A model generated the notes under the pieces. The model did not search any database, was not told the DNA's origin, and saw nothing but the letters and a program-made list of their open reading frames with translations. The position numbers and the translations under genes are program-made. DNA of 64,000 nucleotides from Octopus vulgaris (lineage: Eukaryota): contig OX597819.1 in the NCBI GenBank assembly GCA_951406725.2, forward strand, positions 98,766,001 through 98,830,000, in the 5' to 3' direction. Shown in pieces: positions 1-12,682 of the stretch (position 1 is its first letter; each line of letters opens with the position of its first letter).

Positions 1-108
1 GTGATGTAGATCTTTCTGTTGTCGTTGCTGGTGTTACTCTTGTTTTGGTGTTGATTTTATTGTTGTTGTTGTTGTTGTTGTTATTGATATCACTTTTATT
101 GTTGTCGA

Positions 109-428
109 GTGAGGGCGCGTGGCTTAGTGGTTAGGGCATTCGGCTCATGATCGTAAGGTTGTGAGTTCGATTCCCGGCGACGCGTTGTGTCCTTGAGCAA
201 GACACTTTATTTCACGTTGCTCCAGTCCACTCAGCTGGCAAAAATGAGTTGTACTTGTATTTCAAAGGGTCAGCCTTGTCACTCTCTGTGTCACGCTGAT
301 TATCCCCGAGAACTACGTTAAGGGTACACGTGTCTGTGGAATGCTCAGCCATTTGCACGTTAATTTCACGAGCAAGCTGTTCCGTTGATCGTATCAGCTG
401 GGACCCTCGTCGTCGTAACCGGCGGAGT
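109..428 (+). mobile_element. tRNA-derived SINE, head A (CORE-like) + tail 1, full length
   Basis: A box TGGCTTAGTGG, B box GTTCGATTC, CORE-like TGTGTCCTTGAGCAAGACACTT. Perfect 16-bp TSD CTTTTATTGTTGTCGA at 93-108 and 429-444. Confidence 0.9.
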
Positions 429-519
429 CTTTTATTGTTGTCGATGATGATGTTAGTAGAGCTACCGTTGTTTATGGTGTTACAATTGTCCTGATGTTAC
501 TGTTGTTGTTGGTGTTACT

Positions 520-700
520 ATTTAGCCCTAATAGGGATCAGTCTAATTGGGATTGTCATTAAAGGCATTCTGGCTGTAATCATCCCGTCTTTTTTTTCAG
601 ACCTTGTTTATCTTGGAGCGCATTATTTAATGTGTCATTCATTTAAAGACAGTAAAGTGCGATTTGAAGGAATATTAGCTGCCATTTTTAGCTGATAGTC
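520..700 (-). mobile_element. SINE-like family D copy (ends in GGGCTAAA(C/T) + (AAC)n-like tail), decayed
   Basis: Reverse-complement similarity to copies at 53230-53590 and 61330-63175. Confidence 0.6.
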
Positions 701-879
701 TTGTTGTTGCTATTGCTATTTATCCCCAAATCAACTCGTTGTGGCTACTAAATTTGCTGTCATAGGTAGTGCAATGACCAAGTGGTTAGAAAGTTCGATT
801 TGAAATTATGGGCTACCGAGTTCGATCCCACTCTGTTGCATCTTGGATAAGTGTCTTTTAAAATATCCTCAACCTATTT

Positions 880-1310
880 TAACTTGGGTCCTCTTGTGCT
901 GTTCAATACATTGGGGTTGCAAGTTTCCTCCACCAGGTTTGGTCTGCTGCTACACTTGTATATCCATTATACGTGGGTTGACTGTTTTCAGGCCATCTTG
1001 ATATGTTCACTGCCAAGTGATCTTCGGCCCGTCCCTTTTAAGCTTGCTAACAAGTAATACCCAAGTCATACATGTTTTCGAATGCTGTTGATCTGCTAGA
1101 TGACGAATGTTGCCAGCAAGGCTGAATCGGTGCTCCTATTCAACTTCTTGCACTTTTCAGAACTTCCCTCTTTGTGACATGGTACCATCATTTGGCCCTC
1201 AGGATTTCTCTGAGCCGCCTTTGATAGAAAACATTGAGTTTTCTGTCCGTCCTTACAGAAAGGAAAATATTTGACTCTCAGATATGCGGTACCTGCAATG
1301 AAAACTCTCG
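880..1310 (-). mobile_element. RTE-like LINE 3' end, decayed
   Basis: Minus strand reads RFSLAGNIRHL...KTCMTW...KRDGPKITW, resembling the RW.GH.LR...KRGRPK.TW C-terminus of RTE-type ORF2. Confidence 0.6.
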
Positions 1311-1358
1311 CCTTCATAAAATGTACCGCACTAATTTCGTCTGAAAATTACCTCAAAG

Positions 1359-1649
1359 CAGTGGTTCTCAGCCATTTTTTGCCTATGGACCTCTTTGATC
1401 TCTGTTTTACTTGAGTGAACTTTCATAGCCATTCGATGTTTAAAAAATCCTAATATAGTTTTATAATTAAATATATTAAATATATTTTTATAATTAAATA
1501 TTAAAAAATTATTGAATATTTCGTGGAATGTAGAAGTATAAACAATTTATTGCGCATAAATTTCTACAACAAAATATTATATGGACCCTCACCCCAAGGG
1601 CCATATATTTATACCTCGAAGGTATAAATATATCTGTTGAATTCAATGA
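1359..1649. mobile_element. hAT/Charlie-like MITE, decayed
   Basis: Starts CAGTGGTTCTCAGCC (Charlie-type terminus), AT-rich body, right TIR degraded. Confidence 0.5.
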
Positions 1650-1710
1650 GTAGGGAGCTGACAGCATTGGACAATTGAAATGGCTATAGTCGACACTGAC
1701 GGAGGTCCCA

Positions 1711-2028
1711 TTATTTATGTAAGTTATTGTTATTTTTGTTATTAGGTGTGTTGGTGTTGTTAATGTTGTTGCTGTTGTTAAGCAACAAAACGTGTGATGG
1801 TCTAGGGCTTAGGGGCGGGAGACCCCAGACCTTGGAAAAAAACTTTGGTCGTCTTGTTGTAGTAGAGGGCTCTTCGTTGACGCCCGACACCACTGGGAGG
1901 TGGCCCTCGAAGTCATTGGAGATCTCCAGGTCCAAATTCTTGAACGGCTGTTGCTGGTGGTGATGGCAGCAGTGGTAATGCTTGGCTCTAGGTCCTCTCT
2001 GATGGAGTAGGTCGATGGTCAGATGCAT
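1711..2028 (-). CDS. Candidate coding segment of unknown origin (105 aa, His/Gln/Asn-rich ends)
   Basis: GC-rich island with strong GC3 bias (gac ctg gag atc tcc...ttc gag ggc cac ctc). No recognisable domain and no good splice acceptor; could be TE-derived. Confidence 0.25.
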   Translation of the reverse strand: MHLTIDLLHQRGPRAKHYHCCHHHQQQPFKNLDLEISNDFEGHLPVVSGVNEEPSTTTRRPKFFSKVWGLPPLSPRPSHVLLLNNSNNINNTNTPNNKNNNNLHK

Positions 2029-2065
2029 TCCAGTTATGATATTAAGGCTTCTTTCTTCTTTTCAG

Positions 2066-2136
2066 GCATAATGTATATAAGATTATGTTAACTAGTGCAT
2101 CCTTTTCTATAACATGGCGGCAGGATTTGATATAAG
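2066..2136 (+). other. Candidate exon with possible start codon (ATG 2114, MAAGFDI, phase-2 donor)
   Basis: Acceptor cttctttcttcttttcag, Kozak-like aacATGG, donor AAG/gtgagg. Two upstream ATGs in the exon weaken the call. Confidence 0.25.
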
Positions 2137-2189
2137 GTGAGGTTTTAATGCTATTTCTCGTAGGTAGAACTATCACTTCGAGTCAGTTA

Positions 2190-2550
2190 ACGTTGTTGTT
2201 AGAGGTGGTGTTGGAGTTGGTAGTGGTATTGGTGCCAGCAGTGGTGGTGGTGGTGTTAATAGTGATGCTACTAGTGCTGAGGTTAATAGTGTTAGAAGTC
2301 GTGATGATGTTGTTAGTAGCGGTGGTGATGTTAGTGGTGGTGCTGTTGTTGGACTTAGTGGTACTGGTAGCGGTGTTGGTGGTGATTATGGTAGAGATGC
2401 TTCTAATGGTGAGGCTAATGGTGCTGGCAGTAGTGTTGGATTCGATGTGGGTCAGAGCAGTGATGTTAGAGATGGTGTTGGGGCTGGTAGTGGTGTTGTT
2501 GTTGGTGATAGTGATGGTTTTGGCGTTGGTGTTGGTGGCTGGGGTTGAAT
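2190..2550. repeat. Low-complexity (GTG/GTT/GAT)n tract
   Basis: Degenerate trinucleotide run; gives the V/L/M-only ORF. Confidence 0.9.
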
Positions 2551-2796
2551 TGATCTAATTCAACAAAATATTGATTTCTGTTTTCGGATAAATAACAACA
2601 ATTTTCTCAAGACCATTGGTGATGTAAGAGAAGTGGAACAACTTCAGTTGAGCTTGAAACATGTTCGCAGTCTCAACTTTCATGAAACTTACGTTATCCG
2701 TACATATCTCTACAAAATTCTAAAATATATTGATTTTAACTGAGTGGCACAAAACTACTAATTTGATGGAGATGAATAAATCGACAATAAAATATG

Positions 2797-3144
2797 ACAA
2801 GAGCACTCAGAGAGCGCAAACCACCACCAAGGTAATACCAACGTACTCTCAACAATTAGCCAGAGATGATTTTTAAAATGAGAATATCTGAAATAAACTC
2901 GAGTGCTTTCACAAACGAGAATACTAAAACTGAACCCGACCGCTCTCAAAAATTAAGTTAAAAAAGCAGGAAAAATAATCTAGAATCCTTTTCCGGTACC
3001 TAATCGATCCTAAAAATCTAATCAGATTGTGCTAGTCACGAGGCATAACATCTCTGATAGTTTCATCCGAATCCATCATGCGATTCTTGAGATATCTTGT
3101 CCACGGACAAACAAACACGACTGAAACAATACCTCCGCCTTCGC
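2797..3144 (-). mobile_element. Non-autonomous Helentron-type (HINE/DINE-like) element
   Basis: Subterminal ACCTCCGCC motifs, internal (TTTG)n, end ...GCGCTCTCTGAGTGCTCTTGT. Second copy at 6843-7190. Confidence 0.7.
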
Positions 3145-3299
3145 AGTTGAAATATGTCACAAATATTTTAATTAACCTAAAGTTTGATTATGTCTAAACA
3201 TAACTAGTACTTGTTTTATGAACTCCAGAGACATGTAAGAGGAAAGTTAGCCCAGCTGGACTTTGAATTCATCGCTATCACTAAACATAATATTTCTTT

Positions 3300-3495
3300 C
3301 TAATTTTGGCAGAATAGCAATAATTTTTAGAGAAGGGAAAATCCATCATATCGAACCCAGTCGTCAACTGGTATTCGTTTAGGCGATTCAAAGGACGAAA
3401 GGAAGACCTCAGCAGTATTTGAACTCGGAACGTAAAGTATCGGAAGGAATGCCTCTAAGAATTTTGTCCGACGCGCTGACGATTCTGTCAGTCAT
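3300..3495 (-). mobile_element. SINE family B, old decayed copy
   Basis: Partial match to the family B body (TTTGAACTC...AACGTAAAG...GATTCTGTCAG). Confidence 0.7.
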
Positions 3496-3774
3496 CCCAA
3501 CGTTTGCAATAAAATAATATTAATTTCTATTAACTGGGGGCAGCTTTTGAGATTTACGGGTAGTGTGGAATATGGTCTACTGACGTTGAAACCTTTTCTC
3601 AAAGCAACTGTTAGATATTGAGTACATATTGCTGCTGTTCAACCTGGGTTTGATCTCATCTAGCAAACCTATGACGAAAGACATTACTACTTCGACCATC
3701 TCATCTTTTTGTATATATTCTTGTTAATTTAAGACAATAGTTTTATATATATATATATATATACATATATACAC

Positions 3775-3954
3775 TTCCAATATTAGGATAAAATTTGTTT
3801 TCATAAAAAAAAAATTCAGCAAAGTGGCAGCATTTTAAAATACCTTTAAAGGTGAAAATTCTAAACAATTATAAAGGGCAAAAGAAAAAAGATTTCTATG
3901 CCAATATATTGATATAGAAATCTTTTTTCTTTTCCCCTTGTTTATAATTGTTTA
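3775..3954. repeat. (TA)n-embedded element ending in a 93-bp palindrome
   Basis: 3862-3954 is self-complementary about CAATATATTG; (TA)n lies on both sides. Confidence 0.75.
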
Positions 3955-3960
3955 TATATA

Positions 3961-4032
<72 letters not shown>

Positions 4033-4581
4033 CTGTTTGAACAACCGCTTGAATGCCCATCTTTTAAAACAGTGATAGCTACCCGGAATCGAGGGAGAAC
4101 GGATTCGTATTTATAGCAGGTGAGTCAACCATGTAGAAGCTCCCTCATTGGCTGATTGAAAATAAATATATCAATCAGAGAGTGTCAGCGTTGACAGAGA
4201 CGATACTACATTAGTAGATATTCATAAAACTAACGTTTCATAGAGTGAAAGTGTCTGACTAGAGGAAACCGTACTATCGTATTAGACTCATGTGTCAGAT
4301 ACCGTACAGATGAGCGGTATTTCTCATATAATTGACAATTCAGTACGGTGGGAGACCTTGTGATATGCAATGTCATTAGATGACATCGACACGTGAGCTA
4401 CAGCTGCTGCTTCGATCTACAAATCTCCATTCACTGCATCAATAAATGATCTCATCGAAGTACACAGCATCTCTTTCACTGCTACAATCAATATTTTATC
4501 TTCACTCTAGCAGCGTTTACTATTTCTAATCAGTAAGTTTAAGTGCTCTTTCCCATAGTAACGCTTCAGCAACCCTGTTAA

Positions 4582-4582
<1 letters not shown>

Positions 4583-4621
<39 letters not shown>

Positions 4622-4694
4622 TTTATAATTCATAATTTGAAAAACAACTCAAGACTTTCTTGTTTTAAATCAAGTTATGTAATATTGGAAAACA

Positions 4695-4757
<63 letters not shown>

Positions 4758-4780
4758 TGATGATGATGATGATGATGATG

Positions 4781-4841
<61 letters not shown>

Positions 4842-4891
4842 TGATGATGATGATGATGATGATGATAATAATAATAATAATAATAATAATG

Positions 4892-4960
<69 letters not shown>
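4583..4960. repeat. (CAT)n and compound (AAT)n/(GAT)n microsatellites
   Basis: Direct reading; source of the poly-I/M ORFs. Confidence 0.97.
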
Positions 4961-4961
4961 G

Positions 4962-5162
4962 TAAAGACAGTCGAAATACTGCTAAGCATTTCGCCCGGCT
5001 ATAGGCACAGGGCCTGAAATTTTGGGGAGGATCATAGTCGATTACATCGACCCCAGTGCGTAACTGGCACTTATTTAATCGACCCTGATAGGATGAAAGG
5101 TAAAGTTGACCTCTGCGGAATTTGAACTCAATGCGTAAGTACGATTCTGCCAGTTCGCCGCC

Positions 5163-5164
<2 letters not shown>
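4962..5164 (-). mobile_element. SINE family B (tRNA head + Meta/MESC-like body), rearranged copy
   Basis: Reverse complement of AAGGCGGCGAACTGGCAGAATCGT...GAGTTCAAATTCCGC...CCTTTCATCCT...GTCGAT. Confidence 0.85.
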
Positions 5165-5214
<50 letters not shown>

Positions 5215-5403
5215 TGATGATGATGATGATGATGATGATAATAATAATAATAATAACCATAGTGTTTTCTATTATAGACACAAGGCCTGAAATTTTGGGG
5301 AAGGTATCTAAGTCGATTAGATCGATCTCAGTAATAATTATTACTATTATTATTATTGTTGTTGTTGCTGCTGTTGTTGTTGTCGTCGTCATTGTTATTG
5401 TTA

Positions 5404-5615
5404 GGACATTGAGCTGACCGAATCGTCAGCACGTCGAACAAAATACTTAGCGGCATTTCTTCCAGCTATTTACGTTGTGAGCTCAAATTCCGCGTAGGCC
5501 AAGTTCGCCCTTCATCTTTTCGGGGTCGAAAAAATAAGTACCAGTTGAGTACTGGGGTCGATGTAATTGACTATCCCCCCCCCAATTTCAAACCTTGTGC
5601 CTATAATAGAAAAGA
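5404..5615 (+). mobile_element. SINE family B
   Basis: Head, B-box-like CTCAAATTCC, CTTCATCTTTTCGGGGTCGA...AAGTACCAG body and tail. Confidence 0.85.
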
Positions 5616-5941
5616 TTATTATGTTTCCAACAATTTCATGTAAATTACTACTATACTCCATCACTCCGTAGAGTGTTCACAATTGTCTGAGCGATGGAGT
5701 ATTGCGATTCTTTGTTACATCAGTTTTGTTTTTGTTGTGGAGTTTTGTTTTTTGTTTCTACTGTGTTTTTAGCTTTTCGCCTATTTTGTGTTACATGAGT
5801 TTTATTATTTTGCGGGGTGGTGACTGAGCTTCTTATGTGATGTGCATTTGGTGTTGTGTCTTATGTAGGACAGTAACTGAGAAAATCTATATACTTTTTG
5901 TTATTGTTGCTATCGTTGCCGGTGTAATTTTGTTGTACGTG

Positions 5942-6360
5942 TTAGTTGACTTGTATAGTTGGCTGTAATTTTTTCTTGTATTTCTTGTTGTTATCGCAAC
6001 CAAATGTTTGTGTATTGAGGTCAGATTGCAGGGTTCTCCAGTCTGCCAGGTTTTCCTCTTCTCTCATCTTCAACCTCTGAAATGTTTGTAATCTTTCCTG
6101 TCGCTCTGGGCTTCTTTTACTCTTCAAGGTTAAAAGTGCGTTGAGGCCATACCTGTAAGTGCCTGAAGCTGTGTGAAAGTTGTCATTGTTTGCATTTCGG
6201 ATATTTTTTTCAGATCTCGTATGCATGTGTTTGTTGTCAATAGGGTTTTGTTTCTTAAAGGTTGTTAAGGCTGTTGTTACTCACTCTTCTCCGGATATTG
6301 TCGTCCACGTTGCTGCGGCTTTTGCCGTGACTTTCGATGTATTTGATGTAATAGTTGTGA
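5942..6360 (-). mobile_element. Possible highly decayed LINE RT thumb region
   Basis: IKYIES...VDDNIRRRV then (frame change) YRYGLNALLTL...ERLQTFQRLKMR, loosely like FKYLGS..DDEIRRRI / LYG.EA.TL...RLQ.FQ..MLR. Confidence 0.35.
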
Positions 6361-6724
6361 TTGCAACAGCCAAGGTATTGCTAAAAGCAAGGGGGAATAC
6401 TTTTAGAGTTGTCCATTTTCCCCACAAGTGTATCATTTGCATTTTCTGCTCTTGGCCGCCATTCTTATGTGCCTACTCTCCTCGAAACAGAACTATTGAA
6501 GACTGACGCCAAGATCTTCAAGTACAATCGATACCTTGGACACAAATTACCAGCCGCATCAGATTTTGTTGGGGGATAAACTTAAGCTATATGATCTCCT
6601 TGTGTTCTATCGTTGCTACCATCATGATCACGTGGCAGGGTAAAAATCAATTAAGATCTACAAGAGTCTTGCAATTTGAATAAAGGTGTAGGATATGAAA
6701 ATGAAAATAGTGCAAATAGCAGAT

Positions 6725-6771
6725 CATTTTACCCCAGTGTCACTTTGATGGCATGCACTGCTCTCTCACGC

Positions 6772-6838
<67 letters not shown>
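6725..6838 (+). mobile_element. 5'-truncated retroelement 3' end plus (AAT)n tail
   Basis: TTTTACCCCAGTGTCACTTTGATGGCATGCACTGCTCTC matches the reverse complement of 40861-40905. Confidence 0.7.
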
Positions 6839-6842
<4 letters not shown>

Positions 6843-6843
<1 letters not shown>

Positions 6844-7190
6844 CAAGAGCACTCAGAAATCGCAAACTTCCGCCAAGACAACACCAACGTCCTCTCAACG
6901 ACTAGCCGGAGATGATTTTTAAAATGAGAATATCTGAAATAAACTCGACTGCTCTCACAAACGTGGATACTAAAAATGAACACGACTGCTCTCAAAAATT
7001 AAGTAAAAAAAAACTGGAAAAATAATCTTGAATCTTTTTCCGGTACCTAATCGACTCTAAAATTCTAATCAGTTCCTGCCAGTCACAAGGCCAAACATTC
7101 CTGAAAGTTTCATCCGAATTCGTCCAGCGGTTCTTGAGATATCTTGTCCACCGACAAACAAACAAACAAACAAGCACGACTGAAAACAAC
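6843..7190 (-). mobile_element. Non-autonomous Helentron-type element, second copy
   Basis: Collinear with 2797-3144; longer internal (AAAC)n. Confidence 0.7.
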
Positions 7191-7234
7191 AACAACAACA
7201 ACAATAATATATGCACAAACACACACACACACAT

Positions 7235-7273
<39 letters not shown>

Positions 7274-7461
7274 GGCAGAAATATATACGTTCTTGAAGTG
7301 ACAAAGGGCAATAATCAGCACCAGTAATGCTAGAAATAAGAGTGAAAACAACTCAATAACCACAGAAGCACTATCTTAATTACTGACAAGGGAGGCAAGC
7401 TCCCTACGGTAACAGATAGTGAGCCAGATCATCGATGATTTTGCAATTTGCATATGCACAC

Positions 7462-7559
<98 letters not shown>

Positions 7560-7928
7560 GCATATACACACGGTATATATTTTCATAGAAAAATAACAAC
7601 AAAAATATACCACAGTAAAAACCTTGACCAATCGCTTTTCAAATTGAAAAACGTCCACCACCACACAAAAAAGCAATGCAAGTAAAAATGAAAACAGCAA
7701 CAATAATTATATCGATTAGTCATATATTCGATTTTCAAGGTTGAACGCACGGAACTAATGAACGTCACGTGGTGTCTGTCAACTAGGACAGCAATATCGA
7801 GACAGCAATGTAGGTATTGATTTGTCATTGTTGTCTAATGAAGCGAAGAGACCCAGCTGATGTTGATGTTTGTCTCTGTAGCATAAACAGTATAGCAGAA
7901 CTGTAGCAACTACACTCATTCAGCTTCA

Positions 7929-7988
<60 letters not shown>

Positions 7989-9609
7989 ATCCCAGGTGAA
8001 CTGTCTGATCGCGATTCGAAGTTTCTCGCTCACTGTCCTCAGGATTCTGCTTTGAATAAATATTATTCCACTAGATCTAACAGTATTGCGTACGTGATTG
8101 CCACTCAGTTACCACTTGGTTGGATTTCAATTCAAAGTGCACAGAACTCTGCAAATCCCTACTAATACTCCTTCTTTAAGGAATGAATCACTCTTAAAAT
8201 TAACAAAATAGCGGTTACTGACATAAAGACACGGTGACAAACTTCTTTTGATAATGTGTCAGTCAACTATGTCGGCAAAATTACATGGCAGACATATTTT
8301 TATCGAAAGCGGAAGAAGGAAAAAAACGCTGAGATTTGAACTTAAAATGTAAGGATTCATAATTAACTACCACAGAGTCTGTAACACTACTCACTTAGTC
8401 TGGTTCCTCAATCCAATAATCCTGGGAAATATTTACATGTTTAAAGCCTGTTAATCATCCTTTTGCCAGCAAAATAATTCTCTCGTTTCCTGTGTAAATC
8501 TGACACACGTTCGTGAAACAGAATTTTACTTCAATTACAGTAAATTTATTCAAACTGTAATATAACCAGCATATGTATACCTTCAGAACTTTTCCCAGAG
8601 GAGCAGATACTACGCTATCTCAACATAACAAAATTATATAAAAATATACAGAAATACACATTTCAAATCAAAATGGAGTATTATGACCTAATGAATTATG
8701 AAATTATGAGTTACATATCTAGATATCAAATTTTATATTCTTTATAACTGAAGAAAAAATGTTATATTTCTCAAGGGAAATATTGTGCAAAAAATTTAGT
8801 GTTAATTTCAGTGTTAATTAATAACTCTCTATTTTTCACTTAAAAATTACGAGGTCTTTCACCATAAATTGATGTCAAAGTCCTATAGAATTATTTCACT
8901 CTCTATAAACACGATCGTATATATACAATCTTCTCTATTATAAAATTATCAAATCAGTTGTTTACTCAGTTGTTAAGATAATTTTATATATCTTCCTGTC
9001 TATATTTTTCATTTAATTTCCTCTATCTTCATTTTGTGTTTTCCGTTTGCGACCAATTATTTTAACAAAAAGCCAAAGCAGATCTGACAAGATATTGACA
9101 AACAATTAAATTCTTAACTTCGTGGTAGCTAAGATTCATAATCTAGGGATCTAACTCCCAGGAGAAAATAAGCAATAGATTTTACTTTCATGTAAGAAAA
9201 ATCATTAGCGTCAAAATCAAAAACTTGATTAGGAGCAAGCAGTAAAGACCTTGTCTAATATTTGATAAGTACAATGACGACTCATGACATACTTTTGTTT
9301 TACTGCATCTCGTCTTATTCGTTTTTCCGTGACCTTAGCACAAGTGAAAGAATGAATAGGATTCCAGTAAAAAGACTTTCACTGATAAGCAAATAAAAAT
9401 AATGAATTTTCTAACACTGAAAATGACATGACATAGGAAATATATGCATATACATGTAAACACACACATGCACGCACGCACACACACACACACACGCACA
9501 CACACACACACGCACACACACACACACATACACGCACGCACGCACGCACACACACACACACTAATCATTGTATATCTTTTGCGCTTTTGCTTTAGAGATT
9601 AGAAGCTCA

Positions 9610-10535
9610 AGTCCTTTTATCTGCCATCATCAGCTCATTTCTTGTACCGAGGCAATCTTCTGGATATTTAATAGCATAGGATTGTTTCGGGAAGCGACTG
9701 AGAGCATATGTTCTCCCTAAGACTAACACGATCTCTTTGTCCCCTTGTTTTAAATGATCTCAGAATCCAACTAGCCTCTCGCCTGCTCATCAAAATGATA
9801 TGCATACGGAATGATGCAGCGTTAGTCATGTGGACTTTCAAGTCATGCACCAACTGTGATTCTGTAATTAAAATACTCATCTGGTCTTGTGTATTCTGTT
9901 TGTGAGCCGATAGGTTAACGCTTGAAACTTTTTAGTACTGAACTGCATATTGTTTCCTCCAGTCTGGTTGTATACCACAAATATAGTTTTGTATTATCAC
10001 CAGGGTCCTTGACAACGTGTGATTCTCATGCATCGTCAGTGAAATTGGTGATAGTGGCTGACTATAAGACTGGAGGTCTGAAAAAAGAAAACCCAAAACC
10101 ACCACTAACAGTAGTGGTCCCCGTACTATTCCCTGGAGACACCGCTTAAGGTTGATGTCTCCTCTTAGAGAGCAATGCTGGTTGCAACAGCCTGAATCCT
10201 ACGCTTTAAAAAAGTTATGCAGCCTTGTAGCTTTCCCACAATACCAAGGTTGGGCAGTTTGTGACATCTTTCCGTGATAAACTTCATTGAAGGCCTTGCG
10301 GAAGTCGAAACATATCTCATCCACATTTATACGGTTGAGCTGTTGTGTCACTGACCAGTCATAATACTGTTGCACCTGTGTGAGAAAGCGCCTTCCTGGA
10401 TGGAAGCTATGCTGCGTGTCAGTGTGCAAGTCATTTTCGTCTTGGAACCTGATCAACTTCCTTCCTATAATGCGTTCCATGAATTTGCTAGCATGTTAGA
10501 CAGATAGGCCTGCAGCTTTTTGCACTGCTCTCCTT
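9610..10535 (-). mobile_element. CR1-like LINE reverse transcriptase fragment (decayed, frameshifted)
   Basis: MERII.RKLI...TQHSFHPGR.FLTQ...VDEICFDFRKAFNEV.HG equals QHGF..GRSC.TQ...VD.IYLDF.KAFDKV.H; downstream SWILRSFKTR. Confidence 0.9.
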
Positions 10536-10536
10536 C

Positions 10537-10600
10537 ATATATGTTCATATACATACATACATACATACATACAATATATATATTATATATGACTATACAT

Positions 10601-10657
<57 letters not shown>

Positions 10658-11054
10658 CGTCTATACATATATATGTGTGTCTATATATATATATATATAT
10701 GTATATATACGTGCGTGTCTGTATATATATATATACATGTGAATGTACCTACTCATTCATAAATAAACGCATGAAGTAATTGGTTGTTTCTTGCAAGAAT
10801 TTGTTTCCGTAGATTCTAAATGTTAGTGCAGCAACTGGTCAATATATCTATAACCTGTCAGTGTGTTATGTTTATTTGTCTTTGCCACCGGCTTAGAAGA
10901 TGTTGGCTACATCACTGCTACAAATACGCACATACATACGTACACATACCCCACAAACACACATACACACACAAGTACTCACTCACTCTCTCTCACACAC
11001 AGAAATATATGTATATAGTTATACATTCACATTGATATATATATATATATATAC

Positions 11055-11135
<81 letters not shown>

Positions 11136-11346
11136 CATACACAAATATATTCACACATACATATATGCCTACATACACACTCATGTATTTATGTATCTAA
11201 GTACGTATGTGGTCATATGTTTATATTGAAATATATATAATGAATATACATACATAAATACATATGCATATACTCACACATACATGTAAACAAAAGTATG
11301 TATACGTTTACATACAAACATATATATCGTGTGTGTGTATATATAA

Positions 11347-11388
<42 letters not shown>

Positions 11389-11500
11389 CTATATATACAT
11401 ATGCATGTATGTTTATGTATTCATATACATGTATGTTTATATATTTATATATGTGTATGTATGTATGTATGTATGTATGTATGTATGTATGTTTGTATGT
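10537..11500. repeat. Compound (TA)n/(CATA)n/(TG)n microsatellite field
   Basis: Direct reading. Confidence 0.9.
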
Positions 11501-12047
11501 GTATACCAAGATTCTGGCTATTATATTAAAAGTACACTGACTATTCACGCAGCCCTACTGAGAAGTTGCTGTAATATTGAATATTTAATCAGTCTTATCT
11601 AAAATCAATTTCCCTGAAGATGGCGCATCGCCAGTTTTCTAGTAGACAAGATAAAGGAGATACAATGAACCCTAATTTATTACTGGTATGCATTATGCTG
11701 GCTCGTATAAATCTCGTGAGCCCATGTACTATACTCAAGACGGAAGTAGATGATGCTGAAGTCTAAATTCAAATATTTACTAAGGCTATTCTCATTGACT
11801 TCATATATACTAGGGTGCCACTACAGTCTGACTTCTGTCTACATTATTTTATTGTTTCAGTTGCTTCGTTGTTAAGCTGTAGCCATTTTGGATCATCAGC
11901 GTGAAGGATTTAGTCTAACTGAACCTTAATGCTTATTTTAAGTCACCTGCTAATAAATGAATGCGCAACACTGCGTTTGGTGGGTAAATATTCTTCATTT
12001 GTGTATTAACAAAGCATTAGCTATGCCTTGTTAATCCACAAATAGCA

Positions 12048-12215
12048 TACGAAGGGTGTTGAAAAGTTCCTGGCTCAACCTTCCGAGTTCTTTTACAGGG
12101 CTTAGAAAATGTAAAGGATCGCCGCAACAAGTGTGTGAATCTGAGAGGGGAATAAGTTGAATAAAATCACAATTAACTGGGTCCTCCTGTATTTTCTTTT
12201 ACCTGAAGGCAGGTT
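12048..12215 (+). mobile_element. Mariner-derived MITE, truncated
   Basis: TACGAAGGGTGTTGAAAAGTTCC terminus; internal DRRNKCVNLRGE*VE* equals the mariner transposase C-terminus (RW.KC....G.YVE). Confidence 0.7.
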
Positions 12216-12233
12216 TGATCCATATATATATAT

Positions 12234-12640
12234 AGGCGTAGGAGTAGCTGTGTGGTAGGTAGCTTGCTTACGAACCACATGGTTCCGGGTTCAGTCCCAC
12301 TGTGTGGCTTCTTGGGCAAGTGTCTTCTGCTATAGCCTCGGACCGACCAACCAAAGCCTTGTGAGTGGATTTGGTAGACGGAAACTGAAAGAAGCCCGTC
12401 GTATATATGTATATGTATATATGTATGTGTGTGTATATGTTTGTGCGTCTGTGTTTGTCCCCCCAACATCGCTTGACAACCGATGCTGGTGTGTTTACGT
12501 CCCCGTAACTTAGCGGTTCGGCAAAATAGACTAAGTACTAGGCTTACAAAGAATAAGCCCTGGGGTCGCTTTTCTCGACTAAAGGCGGTGCCCCAGCATG
12601 GCCACAGTCAAATGACTGAACCTAATAAAAGAGTAAAAGA

Positions 12641-12641
<1 letters not shown>
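12234..12641 (+). mobile_element. SINE family C (tRNA head, CORE-like, internal microsatellite), full length
   Basis: GGCGTAGGAGTAGCTGTGTGG...GGTTCAGTCCC...CTTGGGCAAGTGTCTT, internal (TA/TG)n, tail AAAAGAGTAAAAGAG. Confidence 0.92.

Positions 12642-12682
<41 letters not shown>

Noticed and set aside
109-180. tRNA genes at SINE heads (also 12234, 29079, 40200, 49539, 54254)
   Set aside because: A and B boxes are present but there is no complete cloverleaf, and each continues into a multi-copy SINE body.
5653-5702. Hairpin ATACTCCATCACTC/GAGCGATGGAGTAT as an ncRNA or terminator (similar at 26239-26277)
   Set aside because: Fits the subterminal hairpin of Helentron-type elements; bacterial terminators are irrelevant here.
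5942-6226. 94-aa ORF as a host exon
   Set aside because: In-frame stop just upstream, no acceptor, and a loose resemblance to a LINE RT thumb region.
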